Notes under the pieces: generated by a model | Seen by the model: only the letters and a program-made list of their open reading frames with translations | Told to the model about the DNA's origin: nothing | Database searches by the model: none | In this document: positions 12,001 to 22,900 of the stretch, piece by piece | How positions within the stretch are numbered: the first letter of the stretch is position 1 | Layout: each line of letters opens with the position of its first letter | Translations under genes and position numbers: made by a program | Assembly (NCBI RefSeq): GCF_902652985.1 | Contig: NC_047015.1 | Span: 42,408,001 to 42,472,000, forward strand | Length of the DNA: 64,000 nt | Direction of reading: 5' to 3' | DNA from: Pecten maximus | Taxonomy: Eukaryota

Positions 12001-13627
12001 GTGTTTCATCACTGTATCAGTATATATTAAATCACTCTGGTGCTTATTGAAGAAGTGAGAATGGTGATGGTATTAACTAGGTGGGACAAAGCAATATATT
12101 GAAAGTAAGACAGCTAAAATGTTACTGTGATGGGTGGCCATTTTAACTATTAAACAAGAGGCCCAATGGGCCTGTATCGGTCACCTGGCTCTACAGCAAC
12201 TTTGAAGTTGATTGAGGTCATTTCTAGATACTATGCTGATTACCACTTTTTTCAAATATCAGAGTAAGATAGGTTTATTCATGTTTTCTAGTCCTTCATT
12301 CCAGCATACTATTGGCCTAATATCAGGTCTCTGTGACTCTTGGCTATCGCAAAATCATTGTTTAAAGATTCAAGCCTATTTCACCCCTGTGACCTTGAAT
12401 GTAGGTCAAGGTCGTTCATTTGAACAAACTTGGTAGCCCTTCACCCCAGCATGCTACAGACATGCCCAACATCAAGTACCTGGGCCTCTTGGTTATTGAG
12501 GAGAAGTTGTTTGAAGATTATAACCTATCATAGGACTGATAAAGAGCATTCAATGATGGACATCAAGATCCCTCTGGGTTCTCATGTTACTTATAGTACT
12601 TGATATCTCCATGTTATATAAATATGAAGTTTGTTTTTCCTAAATGTAGACATAGATGTACATTTCTTTCACACAGATGAGATCTATCCTATTGGGTCTT
12701 TTTGAGAAGTCCCATAAAATATCACGGAAAGCTTTCCTACAAAGTGTGGAGGATGAGACAGGTCTACAACTGAATGAGTATGACTCCAGATTGTTACTCA
12801 AGGTTAGTGTCACACTAAATCTCCATGTCATCGCCAGATAGACATTTATGTTACATAGATGTACACTATATCTCAATATCATCCTCAGATAGACATTTCT
12901 GTTACATAGATGTGTAGTTGGAATTTAATACTCCATATAAATATTCTGTGCGAGTACAACTGTTCAACAAAAACAAGAGTATTGCTGGGTGGAACAACAT
13001 GCAGAAACTGGGTGCCAAAGTGACAAAAATTCTTGTAACAGGTTTACATAAATTATGGAAAAATAGCAAAAATTATGGAAATATAGCAAGAAAAATGATT
13101 CCATCAAAATGCTGCTTTAAGAAACATATTCATAACAATATGTTATGGTAACAAATTAATCCTACCAAGTTTCATAGAGATCGATTTATAACAAAGTAAG
13201 AAGATCTCCAGTCAGATTAAAATACTGAAATATTAAACAAATGTAGTAAATTAGAAAAAACATGTTGAATTAAAATGATGCTCAGGAAAACAACTTACAG
13301 TACATACATGTATCTTGAATATAAAACCTACAAAATTTCAATGTTTTGGTTGAAAAATGAGAGAAAATATTTTGACAGACAAAATGTTTTGCCTGATAGA
13401 AACTCCATACCATGATACTCGCATTGAAATTGAATGGGCATGCACAAATTGGCATTTCAAAATCAAATATATCATTCTAAAGCATATAATTGTGGACAAT
13501 TCAAATAAGATGGCATAATTTGAAAGTTTGTCAGTGATGATACCAGTGCTTCTGATTTCCATTACAGGATTACTGTGTGCAGAAGGGTCCAATGTGGTAC
13601 CTGAAGGGGACACAGGGTGAATCATGA
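3033..13627 (+). CDS. POLR3E: DNA-directed RNA polymerase III subunit RPC5, ~684 aa. Exons 3033-3065, 5333-5574, 5831-5913, 6077-6190, 6842-7009, 7193-7317, 7708-7799, 8071-8191, 8559-8640, 8942-9001, 9712-9815, 10256-10365, 10766-11235, 11913-11978, 12677-12802, 13568-13627; apparent +1 frameshift at 6892-6894
   Basis: Recognisable RPC5 motifs: VYLSKTLADKLYLFQYPVRP, RSKGEQIA, HLTPLHAIVQLRP, PSNVLSLTQLRTMPLPDQIK, LVQGCWVVKSEILYPK, LCRGRDYVMWRFTQS, and C-terminal DYCVQKGPMWYLKGT. All introns are GT-AG with matching phases. Confidence 0.95.
3557..3995 (+). mobile_element. Complete miniature LTR retroelement (TRIM) with tRNA-derived LTRs, in POLR3E intron 1
   Basis: LTR1 3557-3727 and LTR2 3833-3995, both TGTAAC...GTTACA. 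PBS-like TGGTGCCCATGTAGGGACTC at 3729; PPT GGAGGGGA before LTR2; 4-bp TSD TACA at 3553-3556 and 3996-3999. LTRs contain an A-box-like motif, a CTAGTAA anticodon loop and a GTTCGATCC B box. Confidence 0.85.
4745..5250 (+). mobile_element. HINE-derived 155-bp tandem repeat (~3 units), same family as 1-668, opposite orientation
   Basis: Reverse complement of the window-start unit (ACATGGCCGACAGGCAGCCATCTTGGATTTTGACAAT...) at ~4750, 4905 and 5060. Confidence 0.8.
12153..12530 (-). mobile_element. HINE/Helentron-type fragment in a POLR3E intron
   Basis: Terminal AACAAGAGGCCCAATGGGCCTGTATCGGTCACCTG hairpin end and TGACCTTG motifs; matches the ends seen at ~17770-17793 and ~32530-32562. Confidence 0.65.
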
Positions 13628-13840
13628 CAACAGCTTCCTCTAGCGCTTATTTCAGACTTTGTGAAAAACTGTTGTACCTCTCTAGTGATGTTTGTGGAGG
13701 TGAAACTTATGAACTTACTGTTGATTTCAGTGTATCTGATTAATAAGGATATGTGTTTTCTAATTTAATTGACATGGTTATCTTAAAATATCTATCATAG
13801 ACTTGTTAGTGTGGGAAAATCATCTGGAATGAAAGTAAAC

Positions 13841-14435
13841 TACAGTAAGGTAGCATACATCCTTAATATATGACAGAAATCCATGTCACAGTGAGGTAGC
13901 ATACATCCTTAATATGTGACAGAGATGCTATGTCACAGTAAGGTAGCATACTTCCTTGATATAATGTTACAGGATGAGTTGCATGTCACAGTGAGGAAGC
14001 ATACATCCTTGATATCATTTGACAGGGCAAGATCTATGTCAAAGTAAGGTGGCATGCATCCTTAATATTGTGACAGGACAATGTCACACTAGGTAAGGTA
14101 ATCCTTAATATCATGTGACAGGATGACATCCATGTCATAGTAAGGTAGCATATATCCTTAATATCATGTGACATGGCGAGATTTATGTCACAGTAAGGTA
14201 GCATACATCCTTCTCCTGTGATAGGGCAAGATCTTTGTCATAATAAGGAAGCATACATCCTTAATATGTGGCAGGGCGAGATCTGTCTCGCAGTAAGGTA
14301 GCATAGATCCTTAATATGTGACAGGATGAAAGAGGATAGAGCAATAATCTAAGATAGTATACACCCTTAATATGTGACTGGGTGAAAGAAGATAGAGAAA
14401 TAATAAGATAGTATACACCCTTAATATATGACAGG
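13841..14435 (+). repeat. Array of ~10-12 palindromic ~50-bp units downstream of the POLR3E stop
   Basis: Unit core ATGTCACAGTAAGG-TAGCATACAT-CCTTAATATGTGACAG separated by variable 4-11 nt linkers; last two units diverged. Confidence 0.85.
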
Positions 14436-14749
14436 ATGAAAGACGATGGAGGAAGAGATTTCTTACTGATAGCTCTATGTTAATAGTTAGGGAGAAAGAT
14501 TTCCTATAAATAGTGTTGATGAATGTTAGTCATGATAAGAGATCTCTTTGTCAGTTTGGAACTAATGAATGTTTGCTAGGATGAAAGTAATGTTAAAAGT
14601 GTTTATGAATGTTGGTGTGAGAGAAAGATTTCTTATATTCTGATGAATAATATAAAGGATGAATGCTTTCTTATGATACCAATGTAAGTTACCTATCATG
14701 AAAGATGTTATCAGTGTAGTGGTTAATTATGTCTCCCCTTCATATCACT

Positions 14750-15730
14750 AGATCGTGAAATAAGCTATTTGCCACTATTATACAAATAACTACTGACTAG
14801 ATTATGAATAAGCTGTTAGCCATTGCTACACAAATAACTACTGACTAGATTATGAATTAAGCCGTTAGCCACCGTTACACAAATAACTACTTACTAGATT
14901 ATGAATTAAGCCGTTAGCCACTGTTACACAAATAACTACTGACTAGATTATGAATTAAGCTGTTAGCCATTGCTACACAAAAAACTACTGACTTGATTTT
15001 GAATTAAGCTGTTAGCCATTGCTACACAAATAACTACTGACTAGATTATGAATTAAGCTGTTAGCCATTGTTACACAAATAACTACTGACTAGATTATGA
15101 ATTAAGCTGTTAGCCACTGTTACACAAATAACTACTGACTAGATTATGTATTAAGCCGTTAGCAACCATCATACAAATAACTACTGACTAGATTATGAAT
15201 TAAGCTGTTAGCCACTGTTACACAAATAACTACTGACTAGATTATGAATTAAGCTGTTAGCTACTGTTACACAAATAACTACAGACTAGATTATGAATTA
15301 AGCCGTTTGCCACCGTCATACAAAGAACTACTGACTAGATTATGAATTAAGCTGTTAGCCACTGTTATACAAATAACTACTGACTAGATTATGAATTAAG
15401 CTGTTAGCCACCGTTATACAAATAACTACTGACTAGATAATGAATTAAGCTGTTAGCCACTGTTACACAAATAACTACTGACTAGATTATGAATTAAGCT
15501 GTTAGCCACTGTTATACAAATAACTACTGACTAGATTATGAATAAGCTGTTAGCCATTGCTACACAAATAACTACTGACTAGATTATGAATAAGCTATTT
15601 GCCACTGTTACCCAAATAACTACTGACTAAATTAGGAATCACCGGTAAGCTTTTAGCAACTGTTACACTAGTACTACTGTGTAGATTATGAATTACCGGT
15701 TAAGCTATTAGCCACTATTATACAAATACT
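14750..15730. repeat. 49-bp minisatellite, ~20 copies
   Basis: Unit TGACTAGATTATGAATTAAGCTGTTAGCCACTGTTACACAAATAACTAC repeated head to tail. Confidence 0.92.
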
Positions 15731-15823
15731 GTTAGAAAGAGGAGTTCTTACCTTTATTGAATATATCTGGTTAACTTATGCAAGAATGTGCATTATATTG
15801 TTCAGCTCTATGAACAATTTATG

Positions 15824-15829
15824 AATAAA
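15824..15829 (+). terminator. Candidate POLR3E polyadenylation signal
   Basis: First AATAAA I found after the stop codon, followed by GT-rich TTGTGTGTTT ~15 nt later. Confidence 0.4.
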
Positions 15830-16338
15830 ATATTTTCTAAAGCATTGTGTGTTTAGAAGATTATTGGTATAATAGAATCAACTATTAGTAAATGACCTAT
15901 CAGATTAATCTATGAATCGGTGCATATTCATAAGTTTTTTTTTCCTGATTTTACAAATGTTATAACAATAAGTTACCAGAGTTATAAGTCCATTCTCTTA
16001 ATTTAGAAAAGATAGATTACTCCCAGCTTGGTACAAGACATATATCGGCCTTAATACTGTTGCAGTCAGAATAACAACTTGATTAAGTCTTGTGCTGGTG
16101 TAGAATATCTCGCAACACCTCTTTGTTTATGTCTCCATTTGTGAACAGATTTGTTTGAAACTTTGAATATCAACGACCAGTATGTGAAGTTGTTCACGGA
16201 GGGCAAGTGAGTTTATACCATGTGACAACATAGCCCTGGACAATGGATGGATGATTTCTGACAGATGCTTGTCGCCTGCTGTGGAGTAGTGTAGGCAGGG
16301 TATGAATATTTGTTGTAATGACGTGGTATGGTGTCCAT

Positions 16339-17474
16339 TATGGGGCGCCGTTTTACTATTTATTAACAAAACTGGATATCCATAATTCGAATTTATGATA
16401 TCATTAATAATTTGGATATCCAATATTAATTTTGGATATCCAAAATTAATATTGGATATCCAAAATTCGAATTATGGATATCCAAAAATGAATTATGGAT
16501 ATCCAAAATTCGAATTATGGATATCCTAAATTCAAAGCATTTTAAGATATCATAAATTCGAATTATGGATATCCAAAATTCATTTATGGATATCCAAAAT
16601 TCGAATTTTGGATATCCAAATATCATTTCTTGATATCATTAAATCGAATTTTGGATATCTTAAAATGCTTTGAATTTAGGATATCCATAATTCAAATTTT
16701 GGATATCCATAAATCGGGGAAATGTTAATATTTTACTGTCTAATGATTTCTCCCTGCTACATCCTGTTCCCGCAGGCGCATATTTTCGTAGGATCGGAAG
16801 TCATCGGACTTCACTACTAATGTCTCTAGATGCTTGTCGAAGATCTGACAATATTGTGTTGCAGCAAACGTCGTCACATGATAAACAACGTTGCGCTGCC
16901 AAAATCTTCCCCCTAATGTGCCGCAGTATGTCTGTCGCCATGTTCTGTTTTGTACAAATTCCTCCATTGACTTGTCGGAGCACCCTAAGTAGTAACTTTT
17001 GGTAAATGTTGTATGTAAGGGCCTAACTGTCTGGGGAAGTTTGTCCTTTTGAACTCCTCTGCTGTATTCTATTTCGTAAATGTTGTTTCCAGTCCATTAC
17101 GCATAATTACAAGTTCGTAACAAGGGTCGGTTTTGACCGGTAGTAGTGCCGGGAGCAATCCAATTTGATAACACTGAGCATTTTTGGATATCACAAAATC
17201 GAATTATGGATATCCAAAAATACATGGAATTTAGTATATCCATAATTCGAATTTTGGATATCCAAAAATGAATTATGGATATCCTAAATTCGAATTATGG
17301 ATATCCAAAAATGAATTAAGGATATCCAAAATTCGAATTATGGATATCCTAAATTCAAAACATTTTAAGATATCCTAAATTCGAATTATGGATATCCAGA
17401 AATGAATTATGGATATCCTAAATTCGATTATAGATATCCAGGTTTGTTAATAAATAGTAAAACGGTGCCCCATA
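16339..17474. mobile_element. Non-autonomous DNA transposon, IS3EU-like
   Basis: TATGGGGC...GCCCCATA long TIRs; perfect 6-bp TSD GTCCAT (16333-16338, 17475-17480); subterminal arrays of ~21-bp GGATATCC/TTCGAA repeats. TAY...RTA ends with a 6-bp TSD match the IS3EU description. Confidence 0.75.
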
Positions 17475-17793
17475 GTCCATTGTCCGTCCTATGTCAATTT
17501 TTCCTTGAAACAACATCTTCTCAATAACCAACAGGTCCAGTTACCTGATATTGGGTCTATAGCTGGGATGAAGGGCTACCATTTTTTTAAATGAATGACC
17601 TTTACCTACATTCAAGGTAACTGATCAAACAGGCCAAAATCTTTGTCAATGAATTCTTTTCAGTAACCAGGAAGCTCTGAGACCAGATATTGGACATGTA
17701 CAAATGTAGCATGGTGGGATGAATAAACCCAGATCAACTTCAAATTCGAATTTATAGAAACAGATTAGCAATACAGGCCCATTAGAACTCTTG
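17475..17793 (+). mobile_element. Degenerate HINE remnant adjoining, and probably interrupted by, the IS3EU-like element
   Basis: GTCC microsatellite, TGACCTT motif, 3' end ATACAGGCCCATTAGAACTCTTGT. Confidence 0.5.
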
Positions 17794-18399
17794 TATGTAC
17801 AGCTTTATAGAAGCTGTTCAAAGTGAAAAATGTTGAGAAAGGCTATTTCAGTAATATGCATCCAACAGAAGGATACCAGAAATAAAGAAAATGTATGCAT
17901 GGTGGGTGCTGGAAAAATATAACTTATTGTATGGTTTGAAATAAATCACTTTCATGTATTGTCTATATTTGACCTGGATTCCTCCTTTTTGGTAGATATT
18001 CTACTGTAATAGCCCCAACCTGTTTTACACAAGTGACATTTTTAGTAAATTCATCTTTTTTCACTACATGTATCATATAGTAGATTATAATACATACAAG
18101 TCATTATTTTGTTTAATATATAACAAGCTTGTACTGCAAAAAAAAATGCATAATAACAAAACAAACTTGAGATATTTTATTTAATATAGCACTTAATCAC
18201 CATGGTAATAGTAATCCTATTTTCACAAAATACAATAAACATGATTTATAAAGGTACATGTAATTGAATAATGCAGTTCACCTTGTTAAATGCATGTGAC
18301 AATGCACTTCATTTGAGTAAAGTAATTCCAATCCAACACTTTAATAAACATATCTTTTCAGCACTTTAGACATATATTGTTCTGGATACAAAACTGATC

Positions 18400-18850
18400 C
18401 AAATATATGAAGACTTCAGTATTATTGCATTCATTCTCAGTACAACTATGACATCTGTTTCAATACTTTATGCTTGCAATAAACAAATGTGTTTTCAGTT
18501 ATTTCAAAATAAAAAGTGTTCCTTTCTACTTTATTAATAATTCAATGGAATTTATCTTTCAGTAAATTAAAGAGTTTAAGCCTTGCATTAGTAGACAGTT
18601 TGGCTTTGCTGTAAATACACTTTGAGAAAATTATATTGTAATCTACGAGTTCATGGTTCAACGTAATGAGGATATTCCATTTTTCAATGATGATTCCCCA
18701 GTTATTTTTGGGTGTTATGCCCATCATGATTGTGGTGATACATGTACAGATAAATTTACTGGGACACATTATTCATTTTTCTCTTGACAACATGAATGTG
18801 CTTTCCAAAGTCGATCTGGAGTTCAGATTTATTTTTAGAACCAACAACTA
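18400..18850 (-). mobile_element. Possible L1/Tx1-type LINE 3' remnant
   Basis: Minus-strand peptide ...LNHELVDYNIIFSKCIYSKAK...LKLFNLLKDKFH resembles the Tx1 ORF2 C-terminus; degenerate. Confidence 0.3.
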
Positions 18851-19996
18851 GAAAAAAGCAACTTACAATACTTCACTAATTGACTGTTAAAATGGATCTC
18901 CTTGTTTTGAAACAGTAGATGACTTGACTGGTTACTTTATCAATTGTCTTAATGTTAAAAGAAAATCACTTCCACTTCATAATCCAATCCCAATGACAAT
19001 GTTGCTTTTCAGGTCGACAAATTCTTGGATATAGATCACATTATTCTGATCAGAGAAAACAGCATATGCATAAATCTCGCAGGAAGTCATTCAGTTCAAC
19101 CTGAAGACATTTTCTATTCCACAGGCAGAACTATGTTAGTTAGATTGCATAGTTGTCCCATACCTGCAGCAATACACATACCATGTAAAAGACTATTGTG
19201 ATAGAACGTTACACTGCATCTACTAAACTGGAATTGCCATATGATACAAAGTGGGTATTGGAGGGTATTACAAGCTAAGGCAAAAAGCTGTACCGTTGGT
19301 GGAAAAGTTTCATATGTATTTGTTTATTTACCTTCCGATATAACCAAGTACTACATATTTTCAATAAATTGCCAACTCGCATAGAGATATCATGACAAAA
19401 TTGGCAGTGACATTTGAATTAAAGAAATCATTTTTTTTTTTAGTCTTAGGAAAATTTACCAGGTATTGAAATTTTAGAGATATATACAAGATATGATAAT
19501 ATGAAAGTGTAAACATTTGCAAAAAAAAAAATAATGATAATAACATCTCTGATCTGCCTAAACATTACACTCCCTTGATGGAGAAGAAGTTCTATCAGTG
19601 TTACAGAACCTAATGTACAACAGGGATCATCATTTATGCCACCAAATCAGACATTAAAATACATTTGCAAATATTACAAAAAGTAAATTGTCATACAGTG
19701 GTAAATATTAATTAAATTCATCATTACATAAGTACAGTAAATCTAGATATTGTAATTGTCTACCATGTGTACATTTCAAGAAATTTTGGGTAACAATGAA
19801 AAAGATTTTAATACAGAAAACAAAACAACCAACTGAAGGAAGCTGTTAGCAGTGGGTCTGGGTTTATCTAGCATGCCTTGGAAGGCGGTCTTGGACCTCA
19901 CCTCCACCATCTGTCACCTCAGTATCGCTGTTTCCCCAAATGTTCTTCAACATATTCAGTCAATTAAATTACATAAATCGTCTATTCGTAGCGACA

Positions 19997-22900
19997 TCAG
20001 GATTTTTTCTTGGATGCTGCTTCTTTTGCTGAAATATATAGAACAAAACCTTTAATTTTGGAAAAGTTGAAAAATGTAATGATAACATTGAAATTCATGT
20101 CAGAATTCTGTATTAAATATTTCAAAACTTCATTGTTATGCTTATGTTGATCAGATAATTAAGGACTGGAGTTGTTTAGCAGCTATTTCAAAGGGGCATG
20201 TTACATCTCTGACAAAAGAGAAATTCTGATTTTGACACAATAGGATGTTGCATATATATATTTATTAAATACAAAAAGTAACGTACCTAACACTATTACC
20301 AACTTTCCAAAGTTTGAGCTTATCAGATTTTTTTTAAATTAAAGCAAATAGATTAACTTATCAAATGCATACCAAAGAAAATCTAGTGTACTCTGCCTCT
20401 TTATTTGGTATGTAGCTTCCAGTTATGTAGGCAATCAATTTTAGGATGCTGTTGTTAATTTTGTTGGTGTTTATTTATTGGTGTTAATTTGATATCTTTC
20501 TACACCATGGGTGCCATTTTTGTGTGACAAGCCATGTATACACTACTGGCAGTGTAGCATCTTTCTAGACTCGTGATATCAAGTAGATAATTAGAGTTGT
20601 TTAGTAGGTAATTAAGGATTACAGTTGATTAGCCAATGATTGAGGGTTTGAGTCAATAAGATGACACTGAAGGACTGGAGTTTTAATCACATGATTAAGG
20701 ATGACATATCTCTGATTCAGCATGTATTTAAGGGATAATGTAGATAGAGATTAACATATTTCTGTTACCTACCTTTTTCACCCTCTAGATCACGTTTCTT
20801 AGCTGCCTCCTCTCTCTGTTTGCGGATGATTGCCAGTCTGGCCAGATCAGCCCGCGCCTCCTCTGTCTTACCAGCCAAGTGCTGCTTCTGGTAGTTTTCT
20901 CGTGCCTGTTGCTTTTCTATCTCCTCCCTGTAATGTTGTAAAATACAGTCAATGTTAGATTTCTATATCTTTGTAGTGTTGTAAAATACAGTCAATGTTA
21001 GATTTCTATATCTTTGTAATGTTGTAAAATAGAGTCGGTGTTAGATTTCTATATCCTCTCTGTAATGTTGTAAAATAGAGTCAATGTTAGATTTCTATCT
21101 CCTCCCTGTAATGTTGTAAATAGAGTCGGTGTTAGTTTTCCATCTCTGCTCTGTAATGCTGTAAAATAGAGTCAATGTTAGATTTTTATCTCCACTATGT
21201 AATGTTATGAAATAGAGTCAATGTTAGATTTCTATATCCTCTCTGTAATGTTGTAAAATAGAGTCGGTGTTAGATTTCTATATCCTCTCTGTAATTTTGT
21301 ATAAATAACGTGTCAATTCTTTCTGTTAAAAACTGTTTCCTGTAAAATTGCAAATATGTGTCAACTGGTCAACCCTGTAATATTCTCAGACCTGTATATC
21401 CCTGGTATCTGCCTCATGATATGTCTTGTGCAAATGCAACAAAAACTGAGACCAATTCTAGTCTATGTAAATATTAGCTTGTGTAAAGTGTCTGGAATTT
21501 TAAGTGTTGTATGTATGATAAAATAGTATGTTATGGATGACACTTTCATTGAGCTTTCATTTTTTTTATATAACAGGTAATACAATGGAGGGTATTAAGG
21601 GAATACATGAATCTAAGATTTCCTTTTGAATACAAAATCAAACGAATCTAAGATTTCCTTTTGAATACAAAATCACAAATATGTAAGAACTAAGAATACA
21701 TATATATATATACAGTAATCCCTCGACCTATCGCCACTCGATAATACCGCCACCCTCGCATACCGCCACCTTGTCCCCTAGAACGGATGTTTGCACTCTT
21801 TAATTCCCCCGTTAAGTCCGCCACCCTCGCATACCGCCATCCGCTATAAGGTTTCAAGAACAAATGTGCCGAATCACTGTATATATTTCCCTCGATTTCA
21901 CCGCCATGTTTTTATCGCCGTGTCTATTTTTAGATACTGGTGCTTCCCCATTCAAGCACAGGTGAAGTTACGCTTCAGTGATTCTATTCGCTGATCGAAT
22001 ATCATCGGTATTGACAAGAGGATTGTTTGTTTTGTAATAAAACAAGTTATGAATTCTACTCACATTGTGTATGTGTAAGACTAACTGTCCGACAATTTGT
22101 TGACGCCGATAAACAGACAGAAATTACCGAAGTGCAGACAGAAAGCGACATCATTGACTCCGTTACAAGTTTTGACGACAGTGAAACGGACCTTAACACT
22201 GACGATGACGATGACGAACCACAACATATTCCGAGGCAAAAGCCGCTATAGAAACGGTAATGCGATTTCTAGAAACGTCGGACAAAACAACAGAGTTAGA
22301 AATAGAATCTTGCAGAATGATTTCAAAAAAAATTATCGGAAATTATCACTGACAATATGCGACAAAAGAATATCAGTGATTTTTTTTCCAAACTACAAAA
22401 ACAATAGCCATGTTTAGACACTTACTGTTCAGTACCTGAAATTGAAATGTTTGCGTTTTCTGATTTGATCACAATGAAAGACATTGGATTCCTACATTTT
22501 TGTTTTTGTCAAATTCGATACTACCGCCACCCTCTTTATACCGCCAATTACAACAAGAACAAAAGGTGGCGGTATAACGAGGGTAGACTGTATATATATA
22601 TTTTTTACTACAAGTATGATGCATGTGACAACAGACTTCTGTGAAGAAAAAATCAGACACCTGCACACATACTACACTACTTGTTTCTGAAAGTATTAGT
22701 TACATGAATTATGAAAAAAAAAAAGATTGTATTGGGTATCCTTAAAATAATGTTTCCAAGAGTGATAGTATTTGACTGACCTTTCTCTCCTTGACAATTC
22801 TGTCTTGGTGTTTCGCGGCTTCGTCCGTAACTTTCCTCAGCTGTGACCGATTTGCACGGTTTGGGTTCTCTATTTCAATAAGATGTGATACTCCTTTTGG

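Noticed and set aside
13841-15730. CRISPR-like appearance of palindromic repeats with variable linkers
   Set aside because: Eukaryotic context, no cas genes, and linkers are only 4-11 nt and related to each other; the 49-bp array has no spacers.
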